Positions 33,593 to 59,788 are shown, counted from the stretch's first letter. The stretch is 64,000 nucleotides of DNA from the human T2T-CHM13v2.0 reference genome, Homo sapiens (GCF_009914755.1 NC_060935.1), one strand, 5' to 3'. Translations and numbers: made by a program. The notes: generated from the sequence alone by a model not told the origin.

Positions 33593-33909
33593 TAAGGGCC
33601 AGTTTTGTGTGTCTGTCCCTGACCTCCACTGCGTGTGGGCTGCTTCAGTGCCTATTCACTCTTGGGTGGTGGGAGGTGGGGCTCAGGCTCTGGCCAAGGG
33701 TTAGAGTGTAGGGAGATTAAGCATATCCTTGGTGCTCTGTGTGCAGCCTTGAGAGCCCCACACAGGCATGACTGATCCTTACCTGGGGTTAGCTTTGGTC
33801 TCTGGGGCTCCTGGTCAGGACTTGAGGTACAAGGGCAGATGAGGGGGTACCTCCTGGCTCATTTGCTAAACTTGCTAAATCATGTTTCCTGTCTACCAAG
33901 CACTGTTTT

Positions 33910-34240
33910 TCTCTTCAAAAATGTTGTTGAGGTATGTATGTACACTGCAGTACATAGGCCTAAAGTGTACAGTTCAGTGAAAGTTTGCATCTGTGCACAC
34001 TGTATAATGGCCACTCAAACAGGGAATGTCTCCATCCCTCGAGGAAGTTTCCTCGTGCCCCTCTCAAACCACTCACCCCAGATCTTCACTGTTCTGGCCT
34101 GTGAGCTCCAAGTTCTGGCCAAAGGGTCATTTTTCCAGTTCTCTACTTCACATACATGGAATTATACAGTATACAGGATTGATCTTTTGTGCTTGTGTTC
34201 AAAGCTCAGTGTGTTTTTCTGATTCACCTATGTTGTTGAA
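33910..34240 (-). mobile_element. Old L1M 3' fragment
   Basis: taaagtgtacagttcagtgaaagtttgca and catacatggaattatacagtata motifs. Confidence 0.55.
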
Positions 34241-34396
34241 CCAAGTACTTCTAAAATTTAGAAATCATTTAGCTTTTCTCCTTCCATTCTTACCCTTCCC
34301 CTTCCTACTCAGTTTTCAGACGAGGAAACTGAGGCTCAGAGAAGTGAAGGGATTCATCTAAGGTAACATCGCTAGTCAGTGGCAGAATTAGAACTA

Positions 34397-34696
<300 letters not shown>

Positions 34697-36923
34697 CTAG
34701 TTTATAGTCACTAGAGCCCTAGACTTCTGACTTTAGTCTGCAGCCACTGTTCCTTTTCTCTGCATAGAGAAAGAGAAGGATCAGGACTTAACATTTTCCC
34801 TTCTGTGAACTGAGCAGGTCTAAAGGATTTGGGACTGACTCATGAGCAGAGACAGGTTTATGCACACATTACTCACAGCAAGTTCATGCACACATTACTC
34901 ACTGAGAGCTGGCAGGGCACGTGAGCTCAGGATCTCATGTTGTCACCATAACATTGCAGGAGTGGTGTATGGAAGGGGTGGTCATGTCTTTCAGATGGTG
35001 ATACATCCTACAGTGAAAACTGTGACCTGGAGGAATTATATGGCTTTCCTGTCACCTTGGTGGCTGTGGTTAGCCAGTTCAGGATGCTTTCTGTGAGGAC
35101 AGGAGGTGGATGTAGTTCAGAGAGAGGAAGATTGGGCAGAGGTCAGAGGGATGTCTTCCCAGGACCTCTAGAGGGAAGCCTGGGCAGCCGGGCTCAGTTG
35201 GGGCCTTGGCTTCCCCAGCTCCTCCCCAGTTGCCTTGGCCGATTCATTCCTTTGTCTTGTGTTTCTCCCGCCATCCCAGCGAGGCTGCCCCTGCTAGGGT
35301 CTGAGAAATACCTGACCACGCAGTTTCAGTTTATACCATCCCCTTAGGAAATGCCTTCTCTTCCTTTCCTGAGTCTCTTCAGGCCCCATCGCTTCCGTGT
35401 TATTAATCTTTACAGCGGCATCAGGAATGGATGGGTTGTCTAGGTTTTGTGGGAGTAGCTCTGTGTCTGTCAGCTTCCAAAGGTGTAGTCAAGCTGGATC
35501 TGAAGGGTTAGGAGCAGAGGGCAAGCTAGAGGGAGCAGGTAGGTCCAGGAGGCAACATGTGCCACTCACCGAATGCTTTCTGGCCAAGGCCAGGGCTAGG
35601 AAACAGGAAGGTCCTCCCCGTGTCATGCCAGCATCTTTCGTGAGGATTTCCAGAGAAGAGGGTAAAAGAATCCAAACCACCAAGTTGAGTATGAGAGGAG
35701 ACATAACTTTTGTGGTAGTACCATGAAAACCATTTCACAGTGTTTCTAGGTGCCATTTCCCCGCCCTCCGCTCTCTTTCTTCCCTGTCTCTCCCTGCTTT
35801 CCCTTCTTGCTTTCTCTCCCGTATCTTTGAGCTACTTGGTGGCCAGCCTGAAATGATTATGCTCCTGCAGAGCCTCCCCTTTGTCACTCACTGTAGGAAA
35901 CTGGGTCCCACTGATTCTGATACCTGAGGAGCTGGCCTAGAAATCAGAGCTGTTTCTTCCCCTGGAGTCCTCAACTTCCCAATCATGTCATGGACCTTTC
36001 AGGCATTGTTTACTGCCTTGGAACTGAGCTAGCAGTTTGGGCTACTAGACCTTTAAAACAGTGCGAGGGAGAAGAGGTCCACTGACAGACAGCCCAGGTT
36101 GCCTCTGTGCAAGTTCACTGGTGCTCATAGCCTGGGCACATGCCCCACATGGTCTGATGCCCCATCTTTCCACAGCATTATCCCTAGGGCTCCACATAGC
36201 TTGCAGCCTGCAGGAGAGAGAGACATTAAAAGGTACCATCTCAGGGAAAAAAGATGTTTTCAGCCAAGGTTGGAAATGAGTTGGAGGGTTGATGAGGCGG
36301 AGAGCTGTGGGGGAAGCCTCTTTCTGAGGGCAGGATTCTCAGAGGAGGTGGCAGCCACATGTCTTATATATGCATTAATTGGGCTGTGTCAGGGGACTGA
36401 GAGGAAGCCAGGCTTTGGAAGGAAGGAGAAGATGGAGTTGGGAGCAGAAGAGAATTGAAGGCATAGGCTGAAGATCATTTCTGGTCCGAGTTATGATTTT
36501 AGGAAAGGGGAAACGAAAGGTCTTTATGGTAATTCAGAGATGACAGTAGCCTGTCCTGTCTTCCTCTCTCTATAGTCTCAAGGTGCTGCAATGGGATTCG
36601 TAAGCCCTTGTTTTCCTCTACTGTTCTAATCCGGTCCTGCCCGCTGCTTTCCATCTGCAGCGGGGCTCGAGCTGGAGGGAGAAGGGATTCTGAGTCCACA
36701 GCAGGGAGGACCAGCTCCCCTGTTTGACTCTTGCCCAGCCCTCTTTGTTTTGGATCATGCCCACACTTTCCGCTTAGGTTGACTGAGCCACCATGCCAGG
36801 CCTGCAACAGCCTGAGTGCTGTGCGAGGAGGGTGTGTGGTGAGGCCACTTTCCACCGTAAGATTGAGGGACCTGGACGTGGAGACACATTCTGGCCTTTA
36901 GGAAAGTCACTCTGGGAGACAAA

Positions 36924-36982
36924 ATGCTTTATCCTGCTCATGGTTTCCTCATGCTTTATCCTGCTCATGCTTTATCCTGCTC
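36924..36982. repeat. 16-bp unit atgctttatcctgctc x3 (first two copies separated by 11 nt)
   Basis: Copies at 36924, 36951 and 36967. Confidence 0.9.
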
Positions 36983-37816
36983 AGAATGTTCTCAGGATTC
37001 CTCTTTGGGCATTTCGTTGAAGAACCAGAAAACAAGCAAAATAACAGTCCTTATTACTTTATACACATCTTTTTAATGGATACCATTATTCCTGATCTCA
37101 CCACCCTCCTATGTATCCAGGTCAGCTCTGAATTCCTTTTATTCATTTCTAAACATTTAATTAACTCTAAGCAGACGAAAACGTGCCCCCATGGGTAGAC
37201 GGGGAACATGGCACTCATGTGCATGCTTGCTACATTTTTTGGCTTAGGGGAGCATCTCCTCCTGGCCCCCTTGGTGGTGTGATAGGGGAGCTTCCTATTC
37301 CTGGGCCTTCCTGGACTGTTGTAGTTCTCAGAGCTGGGATACCTGCTGCTGCTTCTTTCATGGGCCCATATACATTGGCCACTACTCAGTTTGGGAGGCA
37401 GAAAGCAATCTCTGGGGACTGTTCACAAATTGCTGGCATGAGCCTTAAGTAGCAGGCAGAGCTCTAGCGGGGAGGTGGTAACGGGGCTGTGAGCCATTCT
37501 AGGAAGGAATCCATTAGGGACAGAGCTTCACTCTCTCCCTGCTGCTGCCAGCTCTTGAGCCGCAGCTTCAGATTTTGATCTTGGGCCATAACCTCGTAAG
37601 TCTGCTGAGAGCCTGCTATGGGCTACCCTTCTCCCTAGGCTCTTGGGGCCTTAAACAGCCACAATGGGGCTTGTCCTATGGAACAAGCATTGACTGTATC
37701 TCTTGGCCTGCCCTTGGGTGACCTCTTTGACTCCTGATTGTGGGCCCTCCATTAGGATTCCATCTGTGATGTTCCGTATCCATTCTAACCTGGATGCAGA
37801 GGTGGGTGGACATTAA

Positions 37817-38077
<261 letters not shown>

Positions 38078-38680
38078 TAGGCATGCTTCCTGGGGCCTTT
38101 CAGGGATGTGAGGAGCCAGGGACACCCTCTTAGCCTGGGGACCACTGGGATGCCCATGGTTCTACTAAGACCAACTAAAGTTGGGAAACTTGACCCAACA
38201 ATTTCTGCTTATATCTCATTGGTTACACCTAGTTGCAGAGAACACTCGGAAATGTAGTCCTTTAGCTGACCTCTTTACCCCGTAGAATAAAAGCAGGGTT
38301 CTGTTGGTAAGGAAGAAAGGGAGAATGGATATTGAGCTGTTAATGAGCCATCTGTCACAGTCCCAGGTTGGGAAAGGTACTACAAAAAGGTGTTAACATA
38401 TTTCATTTACTTGGCAATTTAACTAAAGGCTAAGTCTTGTCCTCTTGTACAGAACATCCAAGAGTGGTAGAAAATTATTATTTTTAGATGATACCTAGCA
38501 AAGTATATATAAAACATTTATGCTTAATTTAGAGAATATAAAACAGAAAACCAACATACAAGTACTGGGAAGGTTGGAGCAATCTCTCATGAGTCCAGCG
38601 CAGGAAGCACTGACATAGGGTCTGTCCTTATATCACATCCTTGTGGGTCCTCCACCAGGGAGCATCCCAAAGAACAGACA

Positions 38681-38716
38681 CCTCCAACCCCCTAGCATCC
38701 TCCAACCCCCTAGCAT
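38681..38716. repeat. 18-bp tandem duplication
   Basis: cctccaaccccctagcat x2. Confidence 0.9.
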
Positions 38717-39420
38717 CCTCCTCTTCCAGCCAACTGAGAATTGGGGCAGGGGCCCACCCAAGCAGGATGTGACTCACCTTAAGGTGCAGCACCTTGGAGG
38801 AAATCCTGGCGCTGTGTCCCTGCCAGCCCACCAGTCTCCTCCCCTCTTGCTGGCCACCCTGAGCTTGGCTGACTGTGCTTTCCATCTCTCTCCCGAGGCC
38901 CCTGACTCCAGAGGCCCTCTTAGGTTGTGGGGAAGACTGGCATGCTAGAAGTGTCTTGATTCATGGCCTGGAACATAGCAGTTGCTGAACAAATGGTAGC
39001 AATTACTTTTCAATGGAAATCAATGCATATTCAGGCATTCTTGACTAAGTGATTTCTCTGTGGACACTGCCTTCAAGGCCTGGCTTTCTTCAAACTAGTT
39101 CATCACCAGAACCTGTTTCTGTTTATGCCCAAGCCTTTCTGAGGAATGGGCTCTCCTTCCGTCTGCTGGGAACTTCCATGTGGTAGAAATTTCTGGAAGC
39201 CACAGCTGATCTTGTAACAAATATTTCTGGAATGAGAAGGCAGGCAGGCTGGCCCTTAGCTTCTTTCACTGTAAAATGAAGGGATTGGACTTAAAACTTC
39301 TAAAGTCCCTGCCAGCTCTAACACTGTGTTGCTGTGTGTAAAATTTAGCCATAGGACAAAGAGAAAAGGTTTCTGGGGAATCTAGAAGGAAGGATTTTTA
39401 CTTAATTCAAATTTTCTCTC

Positions 39421-39718
<298 letters not shown>

Positions 39719-40059
39719 AAATTTTCTCTCTTAATGGAAAAAAGTAATGATGTTAGTATCTTGAAATAGGAAAGAATCCTAAGTCTTTTTTTGGCTTTAG
39801 GATTTGCTACAGAAGCTTTTCAAAGGAATTGTCTTCCGAATCACGTTTTTCCTAGGTTTGAATTCCCTGAGCGCACAGCACACATCCCCTGGTCGTGTGG
39901 GGCTGTGTGAGGAGTTACCCAAAAAGGATGTGGTTTGTGTAAGCAGGGGGATGTCTGCTTAGGATGAAATGGCCACTGTTGTTGGTGTGTAAATAAGATA
40001 ACCTTTCATAGATATCACGGCTTGCTTATAGTTTGGGGCTGGATGATGCTGTTCAAATT

Positions 40060-40550
40060 CAATTAATTTATTAAGCACCTACTTTATGTCAGCTACTATG
40101 TGTGGTACCTGGGATATAACAGATTTTAAGACAAGATTCTTTCTCTTGAGAAGCTCCCAGACTTGCAAGGAAAACAGAGATACAGAAGATGAATTATGAT
40201 GCCATGTGACGCATGGTGCAGAGTAGCATGGGATAAGAAAGGTCCACATGTAAAGTGATGGGAACAGAAAGATGAATTGATGAGCTTGTAGGGAGTTGGA
40301 AAGACTTCCCAGAGAGGGAGCTGAGTGTTGAGGAATGAATATGGGTTTGCCAGATAGAAAAGGGAATTCTTGGCAGAGAACCTAGGAAGGAAGAGTGTGG
40401 TAGAATGGAGGGATGGTGACTCAGCTGATGTGGCTAGAACAGAGTCTGTCGGAGTGAAAGAATGTGGAATCTGGTTGGGTGGCTATAGCTATCCTTGAGT
40501 GAGTGCCATGCTGAGGTGAAGCTGTTGACAGAGGGGAGCCTTTGGAAGAA
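40060..40550. mobile_element. L2-like fragment
   Basis: ttattaagcacctactttatgtcagctactatgtgtggtacctggg and downstream L2-type motifs. Confidence 0.55.
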
Positions 40551-40589
40551 GTGCTGTACTACCAAAACCCAGAAGCCAGTAGTTTGCTT

Positions 40590-41003
<414 letters not shown>

Positions 41004-41014
41004 TAGGAAGCTTT

Positions 41015-41304
41015 GACTGGGCGCAGTGGCTCACACCTGTAATCTCAGTGCTTTGGGAGGCTGAGGCTGAAGGATCACTTGAGCCTAGGAGTTCAAGACC
41101 AGCCTGGGCAACATAGCGAGACTCCATCTCAACAATTAGCTGGGTTTGATGGTGCATGCCTGTGGTCCCAACTACATGGGATGCTGAGGCGAGAGGATTG
41201 CTTAAGCCCAGGAGTTTAAGGCTGCAGTAAGCCATGATCACACCACTGCATTCCAGCCTGGACAACAGAGCAAGAACCTGTCTCCAAAAAGAAAAAAAAA
41301 AAAA
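41015..41304 (+). mobile_element. AluJ, sense
   Basis: Alu consensus; TSD aagatttaggaag. Confidence 0.88.
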
Positions 41305-41372
41305 AAGATTTAGGAAGTTTCTTAGGCAGGCAACAGGGCTATTGGAGGCTGAGAGCCATAGCTTATGAATAG

Positions 41373-41558
<186 letters not shown>

Positions 41559-41579
41559 TAAGTGTGTGCTTACCTGTGA

Positions 41580-41870
<291 letters not shown>

Positions 41871-42874
41871 TAGTCAAGTGGGGACCTCACCCTCTGACCT
41901 GTGTCTGGGCTGCCTGGGGAGGGACTGAGTGCACAAGGAGAAGAAGGGCAAGTCTCGGGTGGGCGTGCAGGCTGGGGAGCCAGGTGGAGAGTAGGTCTCA
42001 CACACACAGGCATGGGAGACAGCGAGATGACCACCTGGGCCCATTACTCCATATGGACCGAATCGGCTCATGACAGGGCAGAGGATGCAGCAGGCATCAC
42101 AAGGCTCCTCCAGGGTCAGGCTGGATGGCAGTGGCGGCTGGAGGTTGTCAAGCAGAGAACCCTCAGAGGCTTGAGGGAGAGCGTCCTGTGGATTTGAGAA
42201 AGTTCGTGACTGAAAGAGATTTAGCCAGACCAGAGGTTTTGAGACAAAGGCGCTCTGTCCCTCACTGTCTCTGAGGGACAGCTGCAAGGGCCTCACTCCC
42301 CACTTTTCTCTCCTTTCTTAGGATGAGAGGCTAGCAATATAGCAAGGATTTTCTCTTTGTCCATACTCCCTCTTCTACTCCAGTCAGATGGTGGGCTTCT
42401 GAAGGTTTTAGCACAGTCTCTCTGAGCACTTGTAGTACAGTGCACTTCCCTACTCCTGCTGTAGTGTTTTCCTTGTCTAATAGCTGCAGCTTTGCACCTC
42501 ACCAAAATAAAAAGAAAATTCTACATGGCCCGACTTAATGACAGCATCCAACCTGGCCCCCCTGGCTTGGATCTTATTTACCAGCATGAGCACCATCTGT
42601 GGATCTGTGGCCTAGTCTAAAGGCAGGGGGTGGGAGCAGAGAGCCGAAACTTACTGAAATGCCCCTCTCCTCTGACCTTCATGTTCCTGTTCATTTGCCA
42701 GTTGTAGACTTCAGGGGCTGAGTTATTTCAGAGGAACAAAGATGTGCTGTGCTTCCCCATGCTTCCCTTGACCCTGATCTCGAGGGCTTGGGGGTCGGTA
42801 GTCTTCCTGGCTCCGCCTCCCACCATGATCAGTACCTGGCCAGCTTCACTCACAGTCCCTTTGCTCCTCCCCAG

Positions 42875-42952
42875 GCTGTGGCAACGCTGGAGAAGGAGCA
42901 CAGTGCTGAGCTGGAGCGGCTCTGCTCCTCATTGGAGGCCAAGCACCGGGAG
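42875..42952 (+). CDS. CEP164: CEP164 exon 18
   Basis: cccag|GCT GTG..CGG GAG|gtaaga; 78 nt. Confidence 0.96.
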
Positions 42953-43021
42953 GTAAGATGCAGCATCCTGGGCCCCCTTCATGGCTGATTAGCAGAATTC
43001 AGCCCCATCCCTGGCTACTAG

Positions 43022-44003
<982 letters not shown>

Positions 44004-44084
44004 TGAGAAAAACCTCCACCTAATGGGGGGCAATTCCTCTTTTATCAGGCAGGCTGTACTTTCTTCTGATAGTAAAAAGAACCC

Positions 44085-44310
44085 CCATACATTGAGCTTG
44101 TACTGTGTGCCAAGAACTGTTCTGAGCTCTTTATCTATTTTAACTCATTTAGTCCTCACACCAGCCTTAGGAAGGATCTACTATCATTGTCTCCATTTTA
44201 AAGATGAGGGCACTGAGACTTGGAGAGTTTAAGTAGCTTCCCAAGATCACACCCAGCCAATAAGTAGAAGAGCTAGGATTCAAGCCCAGGCCATCTGACT
44301 CCAAAGCCTT
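44085..44310. mobile_element. MIR
   Basis: ccattttaaagatgagggcactgagacttggagagtttaagtagcttcccaagatcacac. Confidence 0.7.
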
Positions 44311-44929
44311 CAGTTTCCTCACTGCAATGCTGTGTCACCAGGGTTCCTCAACATCTTGGGACACCAAGAAATAGACTGGCAAGAGCCAAGTAATACTGAT
44401 ATTCTCCCCATTTTAAGCCTTTGGTCTTAAGGTAGGAAAGTTCAGCGACTTGAGTTTACCCAAGCTGGCCTGCCTTGCTCACATTGAGGGTGAACAATGG
44501 GTGGGTAGAGGGTGGCTGACTATAGCCCACAGCTGGGACCCTGCAGGGTGTTAAGACTACTGCTCCAGTAACTGGAACCAGTATCCCAGACTCTTTCTAG
44601 GATCTTTCCCAGGGCAGAAATAGCAGTCCCATGATGAAATTTGCCATATCCCTTCCCCCAACCAATTATGACCTTGCTGAAGAATAGTGATAATTTATCA
44701 GTGACCTCTCATTCCTTACAGAGGAAAAGTTGTATATGGTGGAGCCATAGGGAGAGCCAGAAAGGGAATCTGTCGTGGTGTCTGACCAGCCTCTGCTTCA
44801 GCTCTAGAGGGCTGCAGGCTTGCTGGGGCCAGGGCCGGTGCTGTGCTTGTAACCCTCCTCTTCTCCAAGAGCTGGCTTTAGGGAGCCGATGGTGTCCCTG
44901 ATCTTACTGATGCAAGGCTGCAGGGCTAG

Positions 44930-45331
<402 letters not shown>

Positions 45332-45523
45332 TAGAACTAGAGGTCAGCCCCTGTAAGGCATTGGGGTTGGCACCTTTGCGTCTCCTTGCCCCAGCAGGAA
45401 GTAAACAAGGTGTGGAGCCTTCCTGGGAGGCTGCAGGGGCACACAGCGAGGAAGCCTGAGCCCAGAGTGGAGGTTGTGGTGTGGCATGGTGGGTTCTGGA
45501 ACCCCCTCCTGCCCCTCAGCTAA

Positions 45524-45688
<165 letters not shown>

Positions 45689-45771
45689 TAGCTTCTCTAG
45701 CAGAGGGCAGGCTCTGCCCCTCAGACCTGGGGTCTGCAGTCAGCCAGAAAATCCTGTCTCTTCCCTGCAAG

Positions 45772-45840
45772 GAGGAGACCGCCCGGAGGGAGAAGCAGCA
45801 GCTGCTTGATGTGCAGAGGCAGGTTGCTCTGAAGAGTGAG
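45772..45840 (+). CDS. CEP164: CEP164 exon 23
   Basis: gcaag|GAG GAG ACC..AGT GAG|gtttgt; 69 nt. Confidence 0.94.
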
Positions 45841-46195
45841 GTTTGTCTCCCTGTTTTGTCCTCCCTCCTGTTCTTCCTCCATTTCCTGTCTTTCTTCTCC
45901 CTGTTCCCCACATTTTGTTCATCTGATCTGTCCAGGGCACTGGGGTTCCAAACTCTGTTGGCCAGTATTCCACAAATAGTGCCACTCTGTGGACCCCACT
46001 TGGGAACCTCAAGGGAGTGGGACTGTGGTAGGACAGGAGCCTGCAGACCTCTTGACCTCAGAGGTGGTGACTTCAGTGGCTCTGAATTCATTCCCAGCCT
46101 GTCCTCCTTTGGCTTCCCTACCCTCTCGTGCTGTCTGCTCCCTGGCTTCTCTCTGTGCTGTCTCTGGGTGCTTCTATCTTTCCTTTTGCCCCTAG

Positions 46196-46423
<228 letters not shown>

Positions 46424-46616
46424 TGACCTCTGCTGCTTGTGTCATGGCCCAGTTAATAGGGAGAGGTGGAGTCCCAGCTTGGGAGCTAGGCAGAAGAGCC
46501 TGTGGCTACATTTTGTAGGGAGTTGGGGTTGTTAAGATTCTGTGAAAAGCAGGGGATCTCTGGTGCTATTGTTCGTGCCTGAGCCCTTCCTCAGGGACTT
46601 TGACGGATGGGAGTGA

Positions 46617-47195
<579 letters not shown>

Positions 47196-47198
47196 TAG

Positions 47199-47260
47199 AA
47201 CCAGACCAAAGAGGTGTCTTCTTCTCTCTCCCAGAGCAAGGAGGACTTATACTTGGACAG
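47199..47260 (+). CDS. CEP164: CEP164 exon 26
   Basis: cctag|AAC CAG..GAC AG|gtgagt; 62 nt. Confidence 0.95.
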
Positions 47261-47683
47261 GTGAGTTCCCATAGCCTGTCTTATTTGAGGTTAGGGTACC
47301 ATGAAGGGGTAAGTGAGTACCTGCATCATAGAGCTGGGGTGAGCTGAAGTGAGGAGACGGTGATCACCAGTGGGGCTTAGTTCATGGGGAAGGCTCCGGA
47401 GGATTAAGGAATCTTCTCTGGCAAGCCAAGAAACTGCCCACTGTGACCTTTGACATGGCATTCTCCTCTAGTGGAGAAGCAGATTGCTGGAAGTGTTTGG
47501 TCATCTATCTGGAGGCCCCAGGCCTGATCCCTCTCAGAGTCAGGGTGGGGGCACTGTCAGTCCCAGGCACTGCGCACTGTGGGTATTGAACAGTGGCATC
47601 CCTGCACTCACAGTGCCCAGCCCTAGCCCAGCAGCTCTGGTCTGTGCTCAGGGTTGGCATCTGCTGGGGAAGGGGCTGTGTGA

Positions 47684-48118
<435 letters not shown>

Positions 48119-49631
48119 TAGTATGCAAACACCTTTTCTAGTAGTAAATAATTTAAACCTCATGATAACACTATTAGTCCATTTTCATGCTGCTGATAAA
48201 GACATACCTGAAACTGGGAAGAAAAAGAAAATTGAACTTACAGTTCCACATGGCTGGGGAGGCCTCAGAATCATGGCAGGAGGCGAAAGGCACTTCTTAC
48301 ATGGTGGCAGCAAGAGAAAATGAGGAACAAGCAAAAGCAGAAACCCATCATAAACCCATCAGGATCTCGGGAGACTTATTCACTATCACGAGAACAGTAT
48401 GGGGGAAATGGCCCCTGTGATTCAAATTATCTCCCACCAGGTCCCTCCCACAACACGTGGAAATTATGGGAGTACAATTCAAGATGAGATTTTGGTGGGG
48501 ACACAGAGCCAAACCATATCATTCCACCCCTTGCCCCTCCATATCTCATGTCCTCACATTTCAAAACCAATCATGCCTTCCCAACAGTCCTCAAAGTCTT
48601 AACTCATTTCAGCATTAACCCAAAAGTCCACAGTCCAGAGTCTCATCTGAGACAAGGCAAGTCCCTTCTGCCTATGAGCCTGTAAAATAAAAAACAAGCT
48701 ACTGACTTTCTAGATACAGTGGGGATACAGGCATTGGGTAAATACAGCCATTCCAAATGGGAGAAATTGGCCAAAACAAAGGGGTTACAGGGCCCATGCA
48801 AGTCTGAAATCCAGTGGGGCAGTCAAATTTTAAAGCTCCAAAATGATCTCCTTTGACTCCATGTCTCACATCCAGGTTACGCTGATGCAAGAGGTAGGTT
48901 CTCATTGTCTTGGGCAGCTCCGCCCCTGTGGCTTTGCAGGGTACAGCAATGCAGCCAGAAGGCAAACCCTTCCCAGCTGCCTTCCGAGGCTGGCATTGAG
49001 TATCTGCGGCTTTTTGAGGTGCATAGTGCAAGCTATTGACGGATCTACCATTCTGGGGGTCTGGAGGACGGTGGCCCTCTTCTCACAGCTCTATTAGGCA
49101 GTGCCCCAGTAGGGACTTTGTGTGGGGGCTCTGACCCCACATGTCCCTTCTGAACTGCCCTAGCAGAAGTTCTCCATGAGGGCCCCACCCCTGTAGCAGA
49201 CTTTTTTCTGGGCATCTAGGTGTTTCCATACATCTTCTGAAATCTAGGCGGAGGTTCCCAGACCTTAGTTCTTGACTTCTGTGCAGCCGCAGGCTCAACA
49301 CCACATGGAAGTTGCCAAGGTATGGGGCTTGCATCCTCTGAAACCATGGGCCAAGCTGTACCTTGCCCCCTTTTAGCAATGGCTGGAGTGGCTGGGATGC
49401 AGGGCACCAAGTCCCTAGGCTGCACACAGCATGGGGACCCTGGGCCTGGCCCACGAAACCATTTTTTCCTCCTAGGCCTCTGGGTCTGTGATGGGAGGGG
49501 CTGCCCATGAAGACCTATGACATGTCCTGGAGATATTTTCCCCATTGTCTTGGAGATTCTGCTCCTTGTTACATATGAAAATTTTTGCAGCTAGCTTGAA
49601 TTTCTCCTCAAAAAATGGGTTTTTCTTTTCT

Positions 49632-56267
<6,636 letters not shown>

Positions 56268-57462
56268 GGGTTTTTCTTTTCTACTGCATCATCAGGCTGC
56301 AAATTTTCTGAACTTTTATATTCTGTTTCTCTTTTAAAATGAAATGCTTTTAACAGCACCCAAGTCACCTTTTGAATGCTTTGCTGCTTAGAAATTTCTT
56401 CTGCCAGAGACACTAAATCATCTCTCTCAAGTTCAAAGTTCCACAAATCTCTAGGGCTGGAGCAAAATGCTTCCAGTCCCTTTGCTAAAACATAACAAGA
56501 GTCACCTTTGCTCCAGTTCCCAACAAGTTCCTCATCTCCATCTGAGACCACCTCAGCCTGGACCTTATTGTTCATATCACTATCAGCATTTTTGTCAAAG
56601 CCATTCAACAAGTCTCTAGGAGGTTCCAAACTTTCCCACATTTTCCTGTCTTCTTCTGAGCCCTCCAAACTGTTCCAGCCTCTGCCTGTTACCCATTTCC
56701 AAAGTTGCTTCCACATTTTTGGGTATCTTTTCAGCAACACCCCACTCCTGGTACCAACTTACTGTATTAGTCTGTTTTCATGCTGTGGATAAAGACGTAC
56801 CTAAAACTGGGAAGAAAAAGAGGTTTAATTGAACTTACAGTTCCACTGGGGAAATGATTCTGGGGAAGCCTCAGAATCATGGCGGGAGGCAAAAGGCACT
56901 TCTCACATGGTGGTGGCAAGTAAAAATGAGGAAGAAGCAAAAGCAGAAACCCCTGATAAGCCCATCAGATCTCGTGAGACTTATTCACTATCACAAGAAC
57001 AGTATGGGGGAAATGGCCCTCATGATTCAGATTATTTCCCTTCAGGTCCCTCCCACAACACATGGGAATTGTGGGAGTACAGTTCAAGATGAGATTTGTG
57101 TGGAGACACAGAGCCAAACTATATCAATAACCATTTATAATGTGCAAGGCAGTAGTAATAGTCCCATTTTCCTGGTGAAGAGTACGACTAATGTTTAGTA
57201 CTTTCAAACCTTTCAAACCCAGTGCTTTGCCTTTCCATTCTGTCACACTAAAGACTTTGTTCGTACATGAAAGTCTTTTGAACACACTTAGCAAAAGGCT
57301 TTGAGTTACTTACCCACCCTGCTTCTCTGATAGCCTAATTTGCAATGAAAAGGCAGATACTTCATTATTATTAGTTGGGATCACAGATCTTTGACCAGTT
57401 GAGGGTCCTGGCAGGGTGAGCTCTCTTGGATCACCTGGGCCCTTAGAAATCTGATGGTGCTC

Positions 57463-57781
<319 letters not shown>

Positions 57782-57996
57782 TCAGAACTGGTAAGGGGCT
57801 CAGGCCCCGATGGCCCCTAGGACTGGCTTGGGGTCAGCAGAGAGCAAGGGGCTGGAACAGACAGAGGGGCAGCTTCCCAGGGTTATATACATGCTGCCCA
57901 CGACCCTGTCATTGCTCTGCTTAACCCCTCTCAACCATGGTGGTGGTGGTGATGAGAGTAATCATAATTGGAGCAGTGATAATAATAACCATTTGC

Positions 57997-58378
<382 letters not shown>

Positions 58379-58444
58379 TTAAGCATGTAACATAGTAACA
58401 TACTCTTTCTCTTGTAATTCTTACGACCCTGTGAAAAGTCATAG

Positions 58445-58804
<360 letters not shown>

Positions 58805-59538
58805 TAGGCTTGTCTACTGGCTGATGAAGGTGGCAGTGGCTTCAATTCTGAGTTTGTTGAAGACACCTGTGGGTTTGGATACCTGTGCTGAATGGTCCGG
58901 AATATACCTGGAACCTCTTGCTAAAGGTGCCTGAGAAGAGGGCCAAGCCTTTACCCTGCCCTGGTCCCTAAGGACAGGTGTGACCAGGGTGTCAGGAATG
59001 GACACACATGATAGATTTTCCTACCTGCCTTGGGACCTTGTGGACTTTCTCCTAGATGTCTGAGGCTTAGGTGTAGCGGGGGAGGCTTAGGTGGAGTAAC
59101 ACTGCAGGGAGAGCTTACTGGGAAGGGTGGTGGGGGTCTGTGTGGACCTGATGGCACTGTTGTCTCTGTCTCAGGCATTTGGGACATATGCTGAGCCTTG
59201 CCTCCCTCCCACCCTGCTGTGAGGCAGCCTGTGTGATTTGCTTCGCCCAGGGTACCTGGTGGAACTCTGGGCCCCAGAGGAGTCTACTCACCAAGTCCTC
59301 AGTTCCCACACATCACAAGGGCGACAGCCTACATACCACCTTGAATTTGTAGCAACAAAATTGCTAGGAGAACAAATGGAGATGGCCATATTTCATGGAT
59401 TTGCGTAAGAAAACCAGCTTAAAGACAAAACATAAAGAAGAACCTAGCTCAGTGTCCCAGCCACTTCCTAGGAAGGAAAAAGGAAGGGTAGAAAGCACGT
59501 GGGAGAGGTGGGTCATAACTGCTGACTTTACCCCACAG

Positions 59539-59677
59539 GCCTCAGATGAGGGCACTCTGGGAGGATCCCCCACCAAGAAGGCAGTAACCTTCGACCTCAG
59601 TGACATGGACAGCCTGAGCAGTGAAAGTTCTGAATCTTTTTCCCCGCCTCACCGTGAGTGGTGGCGGCAGCAGAGGA
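59539..59677 (+). CDS. CEP164: CEP164 exon 29 (alternative donor at 59653 removes 24 nt)
   Basis: cacag|GCC TCA..AGG A|gtgagt; 139 nt; [15 protein letters not shown](I). Confidence 0.94.
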
Positions 59678-59788
59678 GTGAGTGGGGGAGATGCGGGGTG
59701 AGGACCATGGTATCCATGGAATGGGAGGAACTTGGGGAATAGAAGAAGAGCTCTCTTCCCTCAGCCCTGCAGAGGGAGGCCTCTGTGA

